NCBI GenBank assembly: GCA_040830765.1
Contig: JBFOMH010000036.1
Coordinates: forward strand, 1 to 45,304
Origin: Puniceicoccaceae bacterium
GTDB lineage: Bacteria; Verrucomicrobiota; Verrucomicrobiia; Opitutales; Oceanipulchritudinaceae
DNA: 45,304 bases
Direction of reading: 5' to 3'
The notes under the pieces were generated by a model. It had not been told where the DNA came from. It searched no databases and worked only from the letters and a program-made list of their open reading frames with translations. Shown here piece by piece: positions 44,248 to 45,304 of the stretch (its first letter is position 1; every line of letters begins with the position of its first letter). Both the position numbers and the translations under genes were made by a program.

Positions 44248-45304
44248 CTATTGCAGATGCTCCTCGAGGAAGGATAGGATCTTCAAGTGGAATTTGCGTC
44301 GGTCCTTTTCTTCCGGCAGACCATGCACCCCCCAGCTGATGTACATCGTCTCCACGTCCTTGCCGGCTTTTTCCAAAGCCCTCTCCATCTTTCTTGCCTG
44401 GCGTGCATTAACCCGCTGATCCGACTTTCCATGAACGAGGAGAACAGGTGCGGAAACCTTATCCGCATGATGGATTGGTGACAACTGTGTGTACAGTTGC
44501 GGGTCGTAGTCCGCGAACAGGTCGTCAACCCAATTATGGCCCATCCGCTGATCCCGCTTATGCAACCGCTCCAAGTCATAGACCCCTCCAAAACTGACGA
44601 CTGCTTTCCACAATCCGGGCTCGCGAGTCGCCGCAGCAGTACTGATATAACCGCCAAAGCTGCCCCCCATGATGGCAATTCGCGCCGGGTCCGCAATGCC
44701 TTCCTCGACCAGCCACTTTGCCCCTTCAATGATATCCTCGACAGATTTGTCAGCAATCATGCCAAACCCTTCCAGACGATGTTGCTGCCCATAGCCGACC
44801 GAGCCGCGGTAGTTAATTTGAAATACGGCATAGCCATTGAGGGCCAGAAATTGAACCTGCGGATTGAAGCCCCACTTGTCACGTATCCGGGGACCGCCAT
44901 GAATCAGCAGAACGGTCGGAAACGGGCCGACGCCCTCGGGCAGTGTCAAGTAACCATGAATCCTGCCGTGGTAATTGTCGTGCGTGAACGACACCGGGCG
45001 CATGGGGAGGAATTCAAGACCGGCAGCCTTCGGGAACTGGCGGTAGACCACCTTGAATTCAAGCGTCTCCATGTCCAACTGGAGGATAAAGGGGGGATGG
45101 ATGTCGCTCGATATCGTGTAATAGATGCACTCCGGGTCGGGTCGATAGCCGAGAAATTCAATCGTGTGATTGGGAAGGTTCCTCTCCACAAATTGCTCCA
45201 CTTTACTGAGCGATCCCGAGAACCAGAAATTGTCCGGTTTCTCGTGTTGAAAGTGCACCCCCACCGTGTAGCCGTTCAAATTGTCGACAATTGGGCGGGA
45301 ACCA
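44248..45304 (-). CDS. S9 family (prolyl oligopeptidase-like) serine peptidase, 5' end probably outside the window
   Basis: IHGGP, NYRGS.GYG, GGSFGG nucleophile, D (SDQRV), H (GVHG); only the C-terminal part appears to be present. Confidence 0.9.
   Translation of the reverse strand, partial: GSRPIVDNLNGYTVGVHFQHEKPDNFWFSGSLSKVEQFVERNLPNHTIEFLGYRPDPECIYYTISSDIHPPFILQLDMETLEFKVVYRQFPKAAGLEFLPMRPVSFTHDNYHGRIHGYLTLPEGVGPFPTVLLIHGGPRIRDKWGFNPQVQFLALNGYAVFQINYRGSVGYGQQHRLEGFGMIADKSVEDIIEGAKWLVEEGIADPARIAIMGGSFGGYISTAAATREPGLWKAVVSFGGVYDLERLHKRDQRMGHNWVDDLFADYDPQLYTQLSPIHHADKVSAPVLLVHGKSDQRVNARQARKMERALEKAGKDVETMYISWGVHGLPEEKDRRKFHLKILSFLEEHLQ

Overview
GC-rich bacterial chromosomal segment of mostly housekeeping genes. 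The gene set, the rpsP-trmD-rplS order without rimM, and the C-terminal tails of the secreted proteins suggest Verrucomicrobiota, probably Opitutia (inference). Core genes: uvrB, mscL, acs, queA, a SufU-type scaffold, rplS, trmD, rpsP, kdsB, valS, aspS, amtB-glnK with a consensus sigma-54 promoter, and tRNA-Tyr(GTA). Transport, envelope and regulatory genes: a DUF4212/ActP-like symporter pair, a LolD/FtsX/AttH-like ABC cluster, a NatAB-like exporter, ECF sigma/anti-sigma/YceI, a LysM amidase, a rhomboid protease and a partial S9 peptidase. An accessory-looking stretch (6.3-18 kb) holds a large M12B-Ig-Calx-MAM metalloprotease, a YnbC-like hydrolase/methyltransferase + dual-specificity phosphatase + sulfotransferase operon, and a modular GH16. 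The most unusual observations are: (i) a 96%-identical duplicate of the UvrA-binding domain of uvrB just upstream of uvrB; (ii) the ynbC/ynbD-like operon coupled to a sulfotransferase rather than CDP-lipid enzymes; (iii) a secreted 13-Cys metallothionein-like peptide with an ECF-type promoter; (iv) two different putative lineage-specific C-terminal sorting domains. No CRISPR array, rRNA, transposase or integrase was seen. All family assignments are by motif recognition, not database search.
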